DNA of 64,000 nucleotides from an uncultured Actinomycetota bacterium (GCA_963718235.1 CAVQYR010000001.1:2144001-2208000); one strand, 5' to 3'. Counted from the first letter of the stretch, positions 1-10,438 are shown. Notes: a model not told the origin generated them from the sequence alone. Numbers and translations are program-made.

Positions 1-438
1 GTCGTGACCCTCGAGTTCGACCCGCACCACGCTCAGACCGCGTCGGCCACCTTCACCCGGGGCGGGCTCGACGACGTCATCGAGGTGCGGGTCGGCCCGG
101 CCATCGACGCGCTGCCGCGGCTGGCCGAGGAGTCCGTGCGGGACGGGCTGTTCGACCTGGTGTTCATCGACGCCGACAAGGCCTCGATGCCCAAGTACTT
201 CCAGTGGGCCTTGCGGCTGACCCGCCCAGGCGGGGTCATCGTCGCCGACAACGTCGTCCGCGGCGGTCACGTCGTCGATGACGAGAGCACCGATGCGAAC
301 ATCCAGGGTGTGAGGCGCATGCTCGAGCTGATGTCCAGCACACCGGGGGTACGTTCCACGGCTGTGCAGACGGTCGGCTCCAAGGGCTACGACGGCTTCG
401 CAGTGGCCTTCGTCGAGCGAAGTGCCGGCGGGGACTGA
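1..438 (+). CDS. O-methyltransferase (caffeoyl-CoA/catechol OMT-like), 5'-truncated by window edge
   Basis: Motifs FDLVFIDADK, LTRPGGVIVADNV and C-terminal KGYDGF. Confidence 0.9.
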   Translation, partial: VVTLEFDPHHAQTASATFTRGGLDDVIEVRVGPAIDALPRLAEESVRDGLFDLVFIDADKASMPKYFQWALRLTRPGGVIVADNVVRGGHVVDDESTDANIQGVRRMLELMSSTPGVRSTAVQTVGSKGYDGFAVAFVERSAGGD

Positions 439-477
439 CCAACAGCCCGCCGCGCACGAGTGAGACCGCCGAGCAGG

Positions 478-816
478 TCAGGCGTGCAGCTCCTTGACGA
501 CGGTGAGCAGCACCGCGGAGTCCTCCAGTGCCTCGAGCGCATGACGTGCCTCGGGAACCACCATCAGGTCACCGGGACCACCGACCGCGTCGTCGTCCGC
601 GGCGGTGAGCCGAACCCGACCCCGCAGCACCTGCAGGGTGGCCTCACCCGGGCTCTCGTGGTCGGCCAGGCCGTGTCCTTCGGCCAGAGCGATGACGGTC
701 AGCCGCAGGGTGTGGTCGTGCCCTCCGTGCACGGTGTGCGCCGCCCTGCCACTGGTAGCCGCGCGCGCCTGCACGAGCAGCTCGTCGGTGAGCGTGGTCA
801 ACGAGGATGCGTCCAT
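478..816 (-). CDS. Cupin-domain protein
   Basis: LADHESPGEATLQVLRGRV and VPEARHAL cupin motifs. Confidence 0.85.
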   Translation of the reverse strand: MDASSLTTLTDELLVQARAATSGRAAHTVHGGHDHTLRLTVIALAEGHGLADHESPGEATLQVLRGRVRLTAADDDAVGGPGDLMVVPEARHALEALEDSAVLLTVVKELHA

Positions 817-834
817 GCGCCGTCCTCCCGTGAG

Positions 835-1545
835 TCAGGCCTCAGTGGCCGGGGCGTCGTCGGTCGGCAGTGAAGGGCCGACCCCACCGACGGTACCGGC
901 CAGGGCCAGCCCGTAACCCACCGCCGGACCGATCAGCAGGGCGAACAGGACCGTGCCCAGGCCGACCACGCCGCCCAGCAGCCAGCCCGCGCCCAGCACG
1001 GTGACCTCGATCGCGAGCCGCACCGCGACGATCGGAAGGCGGGTGCGAAGGTGCAGCCCGGTCATCCAGCCGTCCCGCGGACCCGGGCCGAGGCCGGTCG
1101 TGAGGTAGAGCCCGCTGCCGAGCCCGATCGTGGCGATCCCCGCCACGACCTCCGCGAGCTGCCATCCGAAGCCGGAGGGTTCGGGCAGGAGCGGCACGGT
1201 GACCCCCAGGGCCACCGCGATCACCACCGCGTTGGCCAGCGTGCCCAGCCCAGGTCGCTCGCCCAGCGGAATCCACAGGAGCAGGACGCAGGCGCTGATC
1301 AGGAACGTGGCCACGCCGATGCCGATGCCGAACTGGCCGTCGATGCCCTGGGCCAGCACCGTCCAGGGGCTGACCCCGAGGGAGGAGTCGACCAGCAGCG
1401 CCTCGCCCGTCCCGAACAGCCACAGCCCCACGAACAGCACGGCAAGGGTGGCCGGCGAGGCACGCCAACGCGACGGGGCACGCCATGACGTGACGGGCAC
1501 GCTGCGCGCAGGTCGTCCCCGACGGGGCTGCGGAGGTGGCGACAC
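835..1545 (-). CDS. YczE/YitT-family membrane protein
   Basis: Multi-TM; LGVSPWTVLAQG, GLGPGPRDGWM, GGVVGLGT motifs; GTG start at 1545 inferred. Confidence 0.85.
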   Translation of the reverse strand: MSPPPQPRRGRPARSVPVTSWRAPSRWRASPATLAVLFVGLWLFGTGEALLVDSSLGVSPWTVLAQGIDGQFGIGIGVATFLISACVLLLWIPLGERPGLGTLANAVVIAVALGVTVPLLPEPSGFGWQLAEVVAGIATIGLGSGLYLTTGLGPGPRDGWMTGLHLRTRLPIVAVRLAIEVTVLGAGWLLGGVVGLGTVLFALLIGPAVGYGLALAGTVGGVGPSLPTDDAPATEA

Positions 1546-1661
1546 CGGGCCCAACCTATCGGCGGACAGGCGAGCGCTGCCCCATGGCCGACCCCGTCTG
1601 GCACGATGGTGCAAACACACTCAGTGGCCCGGGGAATCACGCTCGGGCCGGAGGGAGAGCG

Positions 1662-1928
1662 ATGAGCCAGCAGGACGACGCGAACCAAGGGGGCCGCAAG
1701 CTCGGCGGCGGAGCCATCGCCTCGCTCACCGGTCTCGGGGTGCTGCTGATCTTCGTCGTGCAGAACACCGAGGACGTGGTGTTCAACTTCCTCTTCCTGG
1801 ACTTCACCTGGCCGCTGTGGCTCTACACGATCGTGGTGGCACTGTTCGGTGCGCTGGTGTGGTTCGGGCTCGGTGTCATGCGCCGTCACCGCCGGCGCAA
1901 GGCACGCCGCGAGGACCGTCGGTCCTGA
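1662..1928 (+). CDS. LapA/DUF1049-like small membrane protein
   Basis: RBS GAGGGAG; LIFVVQNTEDVVFNFL motif, two TM helices, basic tail. Confidence 0.8.
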   Translation: MSQQDDANQGGRKLGGGAIASLTGLGVLLIFVVQNTEDVVFNFLFLDFTWPLWLYTIVVALFGALVWFGLGVMRRHRRRKARREDRRS

Positions 1929-1955
1929 CCATCGGCCCGCGCGCCACCGCAGCAC

Positions 1956-3662
1956 TCACTTCTGGCGGTCGAGGCGGACCTGCACCTTGTTGCCCTTGAC
2001 CCGGGTCGCGCGCAGCGCGGCCATCACCTCTGAGGCGGCGTCCTCGGGGACCTCCACGAGTGAGAAGCGGTCGGTGATCTCGATCGCCCCGATGTCGCGG
2101 CCACTGAGTCTGGTCTCGTTGGCGATGGCGCCCACGAGGTCCTGCGGGCGGATCCCGACCTTTCGGCCTGCGCCGACGTAGAGCCGGGTTGTGCGCCCCG
2201 ACGTCGACGACGGACCGGACTCGCGTCGTGGCTTGCCGCCGGCGCGCTTGCCACCCTCTTTCTTTCCCCGGTTGCCGCGTGCTTCACGTTCCACGCGGCT
2301 GGCCGGCGGCGGCGGGGCCTCGGGGATCTCGTCATCGTCCCCGCCGCCACCTGACGCGTCGTGTGCCAGCTTCACCGCGGCCATCGCAACTTGCATGACG
2401 TCGAAGTCGTCGGTCAGGGTGTCGACGACGACCCGGAACTGCTCGAGGTCGTCCTCCAGCAGGATCTCGTTCAGCGCTGCCCGGGTGAGCTCCAGGCGAC
2501 GTGCGTGCAGGTCGGCCGTCGTCGGCAGCTTCTCGATCGGGATCCGCTGCTTGGTCACCCGCTCGATCGTCTTGAGCATGCGGTGCTCACGCGGCTCGGC
2601 GAGGGTGATCGCGACCCCCTCGCGACCGCCGCGCCCGACCCGGCCGATCCGGTGCACGTAGGACTCCGGGGCCGAGGGAACGTCGTAGTTGAAGACGTGG
2701 GTGAGCTGTTCGACGTCGAGTCCGCGCGCAGCGACGTCGGTCGCGACCAGGAGCTCGGCGCTGCCGGCGCGAAGCCGCCCCATCACCCGGTCGCGTTGGT
2801 TCTGGTCCATGCCGCCGTGAAGGGGCTCGGAGCGGTAGCCGCGCCCGTTGAGCGTCTCGGTGAGCTCGTCGACCTCGGCCCTGGTCCGGCAGAAGATGAT
2901 CGCGGCCGTCGGCGACTCGACGTCGAGGATCCGCCCGAGCGCGGCCGCCTTGTGCGAGCGGGCGACGACGTACGCGCGCTGGTGCACCAGGGGTGTCTTG
3001 CCCGAGGCCGGGACCCCGCGACCCATCTCGATCCGAACCGGGTCGTTGAGGTGCTTGCGGGCGATGCTGTTGATCCGGGCCGGCATCGTGGCCGAGAAGA
3101 GGACCGTCTGCCGATCCGCTGGCGTCGCGTCGAGGATCGCCTCGAGGTCGTCGGCGAACCCCATGTCGAGCATCTCGTCCGCCTCGTCGAGCACGACCGT
3201 GGCGACGTCGTCCAGCCGCAGGCTGCCGCGCTTGAGGTGGTCGACGGCGCGCCCGGGTGTCGCGACGACCGTGTCGATCCCTCGCTCGAGCTCACGCAGC
3301 TGCCGCCCAATCGGCTGCCCGCCGTAGATCGGCAGCACACGGACCCCCAAGTCACGCCCGTAGCGGTGCAGCGCCTGCGACACCTGCATGCACAGCTCGC
3401 GCGTGGGCACCAGCACCAGTGACGTCGGCGCCTTGGTGCTCCGGTGCCCTGTCTTGAGGGCCTGGAGCAGGGGCAGTGCGAACGCCGCGGTCTTGCCCGT
3501 CCCGGTGGCTGCCTGACCCAGCAGGTCGCGACCCGCCATGAGGTGCGGGATCGCCTCGGCCTGGATCGGTGTCGGCTCCTCGTAGCCAAGGCTGGTGAGG
3601 GCCGCGAGCAGCTTCTTGCGCAGGCCCAGGTCGGCGAACGTGGGGGCGTCGGCGTCGGTCAC
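1956..3662 (-). CDS. deaD: DEAD-box RNA helicase DeaD/CsdA with DbpA-type RNA-binding C-terminus
   Basis: Q motif, ATGTGKT, PTREL, DEAD, SAT, HRIGRVGR; C-terminal IRPQDLVGAIANE; start 3662 or 3695. Confidence 0.92.
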   Translation of the reverse strand: MTDADAPTFADLGLRKKLLAALTSLGYEEPTPIQAEAIPHLMAGRDLLGQAATGTGKTAAFALPLLQALKTGHRSTKAPTSLVLVPTRELCMQVSQALHRYGRDLGVRVLPIYGGQPIGRQLRELERGIDTVVATPGRAVDHLKRGSLRLDDVATVVLDEADEMLDMGFADDLEAILDATPADRQTVLFSATMPARINSIARKHLNDPVRIEMGRGVPASGKTPLVHQRAYVVARSHKAAALGRILDVESPTAAIIFCRTRAEVDELTETLNGRGYRSEPLHGGMDQNQRDRVMGRLRAGSAELLVATDVAARGLDVEQLTHVFNYDVPSAPESYVHRIGRVGRGGREGVAITLAEPREHRMLKTIERVTKQRIPIEKLPTTADLHARRLELTRAALNEILLEDDLEQFRVVVDTLTDDFDVMQVAMAAVKLAHDASGGGGDDDEIPEAPPPPASRVEREARGNRGKKEGGKRAGGKPRRESGPSSTSGRTTRLYVGAGRKVGIRPQDLVGAIANETRLSGRDIGAIEITDRFSLVEVPEDAASEVMAALRATRVKGNKVQVRLDRQK

Positions 3663-3695
3663 TCGCCCATCGTCTCGCCTGGTGACCCCATTCAC

Positions 3696-4418
3696 CTAGC
3701 CGGATGCCCCCTGCGCAACCGCCTGGGCGAACTCAGCCATCGAGGCGAACTCGAAGTCGGGGGTGACGTCACCGGACGGCGGCGGTGTGGCCCCCCACCC
3801 AGCGCGCCCGTGCCGCCGGTTGATCCACACGGTCGAGAGCCCGGCGGCCTTGGCCGGCAGATGGTCGTGGAACAGGCTCTGCGCCACGTGCAGCAGCCGA
3901 CCCTCCCCGACGCCCATGGCTTGCGCGGCGTGCAGCAACGCCTCGAAGTTGCGGGGCGACGGCTTGTACGAGCCGACGTCCTGCGCCGTGAGGACCTTGT
4001 CGAAGTGCACGCCCAGCCGGCGGTTGCTGCCGGCGAACGACGCCCGGTCGACGTTGGACAAGACGATCAGCGGGTGGCTCTGGCCGAGGGCTACGAGAGC
4101 GTCGTGGGAGTCGTCGAATGCGGGCCAGTCGGGGACGGACACCGCCAGACGCTGAGCGTCGTGCTGACTCACGAAGGCACCGAGCTGCTCCCCGAGGGCA
4201 CGAAAGCTGCTTCCGACGATGTCGGGGTACAGCGCTGAGGGCAGCTCGGCCTCGGCCTCGGTCTCGTGAGCGGCGTACGCGGCCAGCAGCGCGTCGTCGT
4301 CGATGTCCAGGTCGTGGGCGCGGGCCCAAGGGGCCAGGACGGCGACGATCCCCGCCTCCCAGTCGATCAGCGTGCCGTAGCAGTCGAAGCTCAGGGCGTC
4401 GTAGTCCGCGAGGGTCAT
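3696..4418 (-). CDS. Haloacid dehalogenase type II (HAD superfamily)
   Basis: FDCYGTLIDWE, LSNVD, GSYKP, HVAQSLFHD motifs. Confidence 0.9.
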   Translation of the reverse strand: MTLADYDALSFDCYGTLIDWEAGIVAVLAPWARAHDLDIDDDALLAAYAAHETEAEAELPSALYPDIVGSSFRALGEQLGAFVSQHDAQRLAVSVPDWPAFDDSHDALVALGQSHPLIVLSNVDRASFAGSNRRLGVHFDKVLTAQDVGSYKPSPRNFEALLHAAQAMGVGEGRLLHVAQSLFHDHLPAKAAGLSTVWINRRHGRAGWGATPPPSGDVTPDFEFASMAEFAQAVAQGASG

Positions 4419-4435
4419 GTGCCTAGTGTGTCCTC

Positions 4436-4675
4436 ATGTGCCGGAGCATCAAGACCCTGCGCCCCCCGTTCACCGAGGCGGTCACTGACGACGACGTCCG
4501 TGCAGCGGCGCTGCAGTACGTCCGCAAGGTGTCGGGGTTCCGCGCCCCCGCGGGTCACAACGCCGAGGCGTTCGACGCCGCGGTCACGACGATCAGCCGG
4601 GCCACGACGGACCTCCTCGCCGCCCTCGAGGTCCGTGGGGGTCGAGCGGCGCGCTCGACGGTGGCCCAGACGTAA
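4436..4675 (+). CDS. DUF2277-family protein
   Basis: MCRSIKTL...AAALQYVRKVSGF signature. Confidence 0.85.
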   Translation: MCRSIKTLRPPFTEAVTDDDVRAAALQYVRKVSGFRAPAGHNAEAFDAAVTTISRATTDLLAALEVRGGRAARSTVAQT

Positions 4676-4679
4676 CGCG

Positions 4680-5510
4680 TCACGGGCGGATGCCTGTGGT
4701 CACCCGGATCTGTTGGGTGATCACCAACGAGCCGTCGTCGGTGCGGCACGCCTCCAGCCGCTCCCTCGCCTGCTCCATCACCTCGGCCTGGTGTTCCGGG
4801 GGGACGGCGTTCCACATGGCCCGTTGCCCGTGCGATCGCGACCACGCGGCCCAGTGCGCCACGTCGGTGAACGACACAGCGACCTCGAACCCGGCCGTGC
4901 TCACTGGTGAGAGCCCCGACGTGGACAGCAGCTGCTCGACTCCCGCATCGCTGCTGAACGGCCCGGACTCACCCGACGTCCGGGCATCGAGCATCTGCGG
5001 CGGCAGGTACGGCGTGAAAACCTCGTCGAGGGCGACCCAGCGGGGGTCGCGTGGCCCGAAGGTGCTGATGCCGAGCCGTCCACCAGGTCGCAGGAGCTCC
5101 TTCCAGGCGGTGGCGGCCGCGGCCGGGTCCGGCAGGAAGAAGAGCACGAGCGATGAGGCGATCACGTCGTACTGGGAGGCCGGAAGAACCGGAGCGCCGG
5201 CGTCCATGACGTGCCACTCGACCGACGTGACGCCCCGCTCGACGGCTTCGGCTCTGGCTGCGTCGACCATGGCTGCGGAAAGGTCGATCGCCGTGACGTG
5301 CCCCTCGGGCCCGACCGCGTCAGCGAGGGCGAACGCGGCTGCCCCCTTGCCGCAGCCGATGTCCAGGGCCCGCTCGCCCGGCGACGGCGCGAGGCGAGCG
5401 ACCAGCCCCTCGGCGATGGGGACGAACCATGGAACACCCACCGCCTCGTAGGTGTCGGCGACCTGGTCGAAGACGGCCGCCACGCGGCGGCTGCGCTCGG
5501 AGTTGTCCAT
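4680..5510 (-). CDS. Class I SAM-dependent methyltransferase
   Basis: ALDIGCGKG, IDLS, LRPGGRL motifs; ATG at 5510 after GGAG. Confidence 0.88.
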   Translation of the reverse strand: MDNSERSRRVAAVFDQVADTYEAVGVPWFVPIAEGLVARLAPSPGERALDIGCGKGAAAFALADAVGPEGHVTAIDLSAAMVDAARAEAVERGVTSVEWHVMDAGAPVLPASQYDVIASSLVLFFLPDPAAAATAWKELLRPGGRLGISTFGPRDPRWVALDEVFTPYLPPQMLDARTSGESGPFSSDAGVEQLLSTSGLSPVSTAGFEVAVSFTDVAHWAAWSRSHGQRAMWNAVPPEHQAEVMEQARERLEACRTDDGSLVITQQIRVTTGIRP

Positions 5511-5646
5511 CTGCGCATCCTGCTCCTCGTGACGACCTCGGTCCATCCCGGTCGCGGCGACGAACCCATCTGATGGACACCCAGCCGCGCTGAGCGCGGA
5601 CAACCGACCACCAGACGACGGCCGGCGCGAGCCGCGGGCAGTGGTG

Positions 5647-6126
5647 TCAGCGGGCGAGCAGCTCGTCGAGGCGTTCGTGGCTCTCGCGGACCCCGCCCTC
5701 CATGCCTCCGGCGACGAAGGCGTCGCGGTCGGCGAAGGAGTCGACCAGCGAGGTGGTGCTCAGCCGGGTGCGCCCATCGCCCAGGTCCTCGAACACGATC
5801 CGTTCCAGGGCGACGCCATCTGGCATGCCTTCGAAGGTGAACGTCTGGACGATGAGCTCGGACGGCCGGACCTCGTGGAAGCAGCCGAAGAAGCCGAACT
5901 CGTTGCCGTTGCTGGCGTGCACGTAGCGATAGGACCCGCCGGTTCGGCACTCGTAGTGGTCGATCCGCATCTCGTGACGCCGAGGGCCGAGCCACTGTGC
6001 CACCAGCTCGGGGTCCGTGTGCGCGCGGAACACCTTCTGCGTCGGAGCGTCGAACTCCCGGGTGATCCGAACGAGCGGGACGGTCGGGTCGGAGACGATC
6101 TCGGTCTCGTGGCTGCTCGGGGTCAC
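5647..6126 (-). CDS. SRPBCC/AHSA1-like ligand-binding protein
   Basis: ITREFDAP...AHTDPELVAQW...GMEGG; GTG start overlaps ArsR stop (GTGA). Confidence 0.88.
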   Translation of the reverse strand: MTPSSHETEIVSDPTVPLVRITREFDAPTQKVFRAHTDPELVAQWLGPRRHEMRIDHYECRTGGSYRYVHASNGNEFGFFGCFHEVRPSELIVQTFTFEGMPDGVALERIVFEDLGDGRTRLSTTSLVDSFADRDAFVAGGMEGGVRESHERLDELLAR

Positions 6127-6509
6127 GTCGGTGCTCCTGTCTGCGGTGGGTGCGCGGGGCGGCTGGGCGGTGGCAGGGGGTCGACGTCGTCCGGCATCGA
6201 GGTCAAGACGTCGTCGAGCCGGCGGTAGCGCTCCTCGGCCAGACGGCGGTAGCGCTCGATCCACTGGGTCATCAGCTCGAAGACTTCCGCCTCGAGATGG
6301 ACCGGACGGCGCTGGGCCTGTCGGCTGCGGCTCACCAGGCCGGCGTCCTGGAGCACCTTGAGGTGCTTGGAGACGGCCTGGACCGTCACGTCGTAGGGGT
6401 CGGCGAGCTCGTTGACGGACGCGTCGGCGCGGGCGAGTCGGGCCACCATGTCGCGCCGGGTCGGGTCGGCCAGGGCGGAGAAGACCCGCGACAACGGATC
6501 AGCCGCCAT
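6123..6509 (-). CDS. ArsR/SmtB-family transcriptional regulator
   Basis: FSALADPTRR...VSKHLKVL HTH. Confidence 0.9.
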   Translation of the reverse strand: MAADPLSRVFSALADPTRRDMVARLARADASVNELADPYDVTVQAVSKHLKVLQDAGLVSRSRQAQRRPVHLEAEVFELMTQWIERYRRLAEERYRRLDDVLTSMPDDVDPLPPPSRPAHPPQTGAPT

Positions 6510-6527
6510 GGTCCCGCCCTCTCGTCC

Positions 6528-6587
6528 TCAACCAGTTGGTTGAAGAACGTACCCAGCAGGTGGACTGGTTGTCAACCGATCGGTTGA
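6528..6587 (-). promoter_or_regulatory. Sigma70-type promoter with two ArsR operator palindromes
   Basis: TTGACA (6575-6570)-N18-TACGTT (6551-6546); TCAACC-N4-GGTTGA at 6528-6543 and 6572-6587. Confidence 0.75.
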
Positions 6588-6596
6588 ATACGTGGG

Positions 6597-9500
6597 TCAG
6601 CGCAGCCGGTACGCCGCGATGACCGTCTGCGAGACGGTGTTGCCGGCGGTGTCCGAGCCGAAGGCTCGCAGGGCGACCGTGCCGTCTGCTGACCCTCGGC
6701 GGGGGATCGTCGTCGACCAGGTATCGCGACTCTCCCGACGCAGGCTCACCTGCCGCCAGGTTCTCCCACCGTCGAAGGACGCCCACATCCGTGCGTGCGC
6801 CACGCGTCCGGCGAAGGTCGACCCAGGCACCGGAACGACGGTCAGGCCGACCCTGGTGGGACCGGGGCCTACTCGGCCGGCGAGGTCGGTGTCCACGTCG
6901 TAGTCCAGTGACAGCAGCGGCAGCAGGTCCGCGCGGGCGGCGGCGCGACGCGACCAGAACTGCCATTCCGTTCGCGTGCTGGTCGAGGTCGTCCATCGAT
7001 CCGCGTCCCGGCTGGCCCGCGTGACGACGCGGTAGAGGCCCTTGCCGCGCCTCGGTGCGCTGGCGTAGAGCGCCTGGTCGTCGGCGTCGGCGAGCAGCGA
7101 TCCGTTCGGGGCGAACAGCGCGATGTGCTGGTCCACCCCCGGCACGCCGTACATGTCACCGGTGTGCCCTGGTCCGGAGTCACCCCACGCAGGCAGGTTG
7201 AGGATGATGGTGTCCCCGTCACGGTTCGGCTTCCAGTAGCCCTCACCGATGCGCGGTCGCACGACAGGAGAGAACCAGCGCACTGTGGTGCGCTCCCCCG
7301 GGGCGTAGTCGACCAACTCCGAGCGCTGGTCCCACGGCCCGTCGAGGTTCATGGCCTCCTGGTACCACGTCGTACCCTCGGGCGCCGACACCCACTCACG
7401 ACGCACGGTGGGCATGGGGTTGACCTCGAGGAAGCCGACCCCCGCGAAGGTGTAGGGACGGAAGTCGTAGCGGAACTCGGCGCCGTCGGTCGGCCGGTCC
7501 GACGCATACTCCGCGCGGACTCGAGCCAGCTCGCCAGGTGTCGGCGCGTACCGCAGGTCGTTGGGGATACCCCCCGGATGCGGGTCCTGGAGGTCGTACA
7601 ACCAGCGCGACGCCGTCCGACCGGTGACGTCGGCCTCGACGGGCCCGCCGGCGAGCTGCGCCGTCAGCGTCGCTCCCTCGGTACCGCTGACGCCCGCGAC
7701 CGGAAGGCCCGGCGACTCCCCGTTCGGCCCGCCCACCCACTCGCTCAGCTCGGCAGGAACATCGTTGGCCACGATGAGAAGACTCGCGCCGGCCTCGGCT
7801 GCGGCAACCGCCCGATCGTAGGGGGCGATGGCGTCGCTGCGGGTCACCAGCACGGCCTTGCCGGCGACGTCGAGACCGTCGTAGTCCGACGGGAGACCCT
7901 GCCCCGCCCCGACGACCGTCAGCCGATCGGACCCGTCGTACAACGCGGCTCCCGCTAGGGGGATGGCATCGAGGTGACGGTCGTCCACGACGACGGACAG
8001 CAACGGGTCGCGCAACCGCCAGCGCGTCGACATCTCGAACTGTCCGTCCTGCACGGACGCCGTGGGGCTTGCGTACATCCGGTCGACGACGACGGGCAGC
8101 TGGGACATCCCCTCGATGGCGGCGTCACCGATCTTCCGGTACCAGCCCATGCGCTGCACGGTGGCGGTGGCATGGGGTCGACCCACTGCAACCGTGATGG
8201 GGACGGCCTTGCGGGCGTCGAGCGTCACCGAGCGGTCGCGGTCGAGCACGATGTCGGGCGCCGACAGGAGTGCGAGCCCCGCGTGGTCGGTGTCGGTGTC
8301 GACGTCGAGCCAGAGCATGGCGGCGTAGGTGCCCGCCGGCCGACGGATCGTCGCGGTCCCGTCCACCGGGATCACGTCGTAGACCGCCGGACCCCCGACG
8401 AGCTCGACGTAGCCTTGCGTCGGGGCGCCGTCACGGCCGACCACGCTGATCGTGAGGTCGTAGCGCTCATCCTCGCGTACGTAGCCGAGTGCGGTGTGCG
8501 CGGCCACCTGGCTCCCCAGACTCGCCACGACCTGACCGGTGTAGCGACGTCCGTCCGCGGTGGGCGAGCGGTCCAGGGTCACGGTGACGTCGGCGCTGCC
8601 GTTGGCAGGAACCTCCACCGAGCTCGGCGAGACCGTGAACACGCCGTCCGGGGCGGGAGTACCGATGTCGTCGACGCCCTCGACCCCCAGGTCGAGCGTC
8701 ACCGGGCTGGCACCGTCATTGGTGTAGGTGACCGTCTTCTGGACCGCCGAGGTGTCCGGGTGCGGCCAGCGGTCGAAGCCGAAGAACACCGAGCCCGTCG
8801 CGTGCACCTCCCCCAGCACCGCGGCCGCGACGTCGACCCGCCCAGCCCCGACCTGGTAGGCGGTGTAGCCAGGGAGCAGGGCCGACGTGCTCATGAGTGC
8901 GTCCTTCAGCTCGACCGCACCCCATGCCGGATGGCGCGCGGCGAGCACGGCAGCCGCGCCGGCCACGTGCGGGGTCGCCATCGAGGTACCAGACAGCGGC
9001 TGGTAGTAGCCAGACCCTTCCGTCCACTGCGAGCGCGCAGCGTTGATGTCGACGCCAGGAGCCGCGAGGTCGGGCTTCATGGCCTGGTCGCCGGAGCGCG
9101 GTCCCATCGACGAGAACCAGGCGAGCTGGTCGGCACTGTCCACCGCGCCGACGGTGAGGGCAGCGTCGGCCGCGGCCGGCGAGCCGATGCTCTGCTCGGC
9201 CCCCAGGTTGCCCGCAGCCACGACGAACAGTGCATCGGTGTCCGCGGTGAGCGTGTTGATGGCCTGCGACATCGGGTCGGTGCCGTCGCTCGGCTCCGCT
9301 GTCCCCAGGCTCATGCTCACGACGTCCGCGTGGCCCGCCGCCCATTCCATGCCGTCGATGATCCAGGAGTCCTGTCCGAAGCCGTCGTCACCGAGCACCT
9401 TTCCGACGATCAGCCTGGCTCCCGGTGCCACCCCCTTCTCGACGCCGCTCGAGGCTGCACCTGTGCCGAGGACGGTGCTCGCGACGTGGGTGCCGTGCCC

Positions 9501-10295
9501 GTTGACGTCCTTGGTCGTCTCGCCGGGCACGAAGCTCACCTCGGCGTCGATCTGCGCGGCAAGGTCCGGGTGCTCGTCGTCGACGCCGCTGTCGAGCACG
9601 GCCACCGTCGTCCCCGCGCCGTCGTAGCCGGCGGCCCACGCCTGCGGCGCCCCGATCTGGGCCACCGAGTCGGCGAGGGTCGCCTCGACCAGACCGTCGA
9701 GCCAGATCTTGCGGATTCCCGCCGCCAGAGTGCCACTACGGTCGACCTGGTCGGGCGGAGTCCCGGTCACGTCGGTCCAGAAGTCGGTGGCGGCGGACTT
9801 GCTCGCCGTGACCGCACTTGCGTCGATGCTGCTCAGCGTGCGCGTGCGGACCGCACCGTCGGGCACCCCCACCCGCTGGCCGGCCTTGGCCGTCGCGTAC
9901 TGCACGATCAGGGGAAGGTTGGGTCGCTCATCGTCGGTCAGGCCCTGGTCGACGAGGGCGGTGACGTCGAACAGCCGACGGTCGATGGTCCCGGCCGCGA
10001 CGAACGGCATCGCCTCCTCGGGGAAGACGTACTGGTCCCCGTCGATGGTCACCGACCGGATCCCGCCGTTCGCCCGGTCGGCCGGGTCGACGGTGGTCAC
10101 CTGGCGCCCGTCAGAAAGCCGGGTCACCGTGACCACGTCCCCGGTGACCAGCGTGAGCCGGTGCACCCCCGCGCTCGCCGTCTCGGTACGGGTCTGAGGC
10201 GCCGCGGATGCGACGCCGGTCGTGGTCACCACTGCTGGTACCACCAGGCCCGCGACCAGCCAGGTCAAGAAGCGTTGCGCACCACTGCGGGACAC
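6597..10295 (-). CDS. Secreted S8 (subtilisin) serine peptidase with PA domain
   Basis: Signal peptide; catalytic VLDSG, HGTHVA, SGTSMATPHVAG; PA-like DVAGKAVLV segment; RBS GAGGGG before GTG 10295. Confidence 0.92.
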   Translation of the reverse strand: MSRSGAQRFLTWLVAGLVVPAVVTTTGVASAAPQTRTETASAGVHRLTLVTGDVVTVTRLSDGRQVTTVDPADRANGGIRSVTIDGDQYVFPEEAMPFVAAGTIDRRLFDVTALVDQGLTDDERPNLPLIVQYATAKAGQRVGVPDGAVRTRTLSSIDASAVTASKSAATDFWTDVTGTPPDQVDRSGTLAAGIRKIWLDGLVEATLADSVAQIGAPQAWAAGYDGAGTTVAVLDSGVDDEHPDLAAQIDAEVSFVPGETTKDVNGHGTHVASTVLGTGAASSGVEKGVAPGARLIVGKVLGDDGFGQDSWIIDGMEWAAGHADVVSMSLGTAEPSDGTDPMSQAINTLTADTDALFVVAAGNLGAEQSIGSPAAADAALTVGAVDSADQLAWFSSMGPRSGDQAMKPDLAAPGVDINAARSQWTEGSGYYQPLSGTSMATPHVAGAAAVLAARHPAWGAVELKDALMSTSALLPGYTAYQVGAGRVDVAAAVLGEVHATGSVFFGFDRWPHPDTSAVQKTVTYTNDGASPVTLDLGVEGVDDIGTPAPDGVFTVSPSSVEVPANGSADVTVTLDRSPTADGRRYTGQVVASLGSQVAAHTALGYVREDERYDLTISVVGRDGAPTQGYVELVGGPAVYDVIPVDGTATIRRPAGTYAAMLWLDVDTDTDHAGLALLSAPDIVLDRDRSVTLDARKAVPITVAVGRPHATATVQRMGWYRKIGDAAIEGMSQLPVVVDRMYASPTASVQDGQFEMSTRWRLRDPLLSVVVDDRHLDAIPLAGAALYDGSDRLTVVGAGQGLPSDYDGLDVAGKAVLVTRSDAIAPYDRAVAAAEAGASLLIVANDVPAELSEWVGGPNGESPGLPVAGVSGTEGATLTAQLAGGPVEADVTGRTASRWLYDLQDPHPGGIPNDLRYAPTPGELARVRAEYASDRPTDGAEFRYDFRPYTFAGVGFLEVNPMPTVRREWVSAPEGTTWYQEAMNLDGPWDQRSELVDYAPGERTTVRWFSPVVRPRIGEGYWKPNRDGDTIILNLPAWGDSGPGHTGDMYGVPGVDQHIALFAPNGSLLADADDQALYASAPRRGKGLYRVVTRASRDADRWTTSTSTRTEWQFWSRRAAARADLLPLLSLDYDVDTDLAGRVGPGPTRVGLTVVPVPGSTFAGRVAHARMWASFDGGRTWRQVSLRRESRDTWSTTIPRRGSADGTVALRAFGSDTAGNTVSQTVIAAYRLR

Positions 10296-10438
10296 CGGTT
10301 TCCCCCTCGTCAGACCAGCGGTCGGTGCCGTCGGCGGTGAGCACCGGGTGCTGCACCACGTCGGAACCGATCGGACGACGCACAGTAGACACGAACCCGC
10401 CACGCAGGAGGACGAGATAGGCTGACGTACTTACGACA

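Noticed and set aside
7974-10340. Long antisense ORFs (788 aa here; also 11480-13480, 20251-21570, 39327-40793)
   Set aside because: Shadow frames of high-GC genes with no recognisable motifs.
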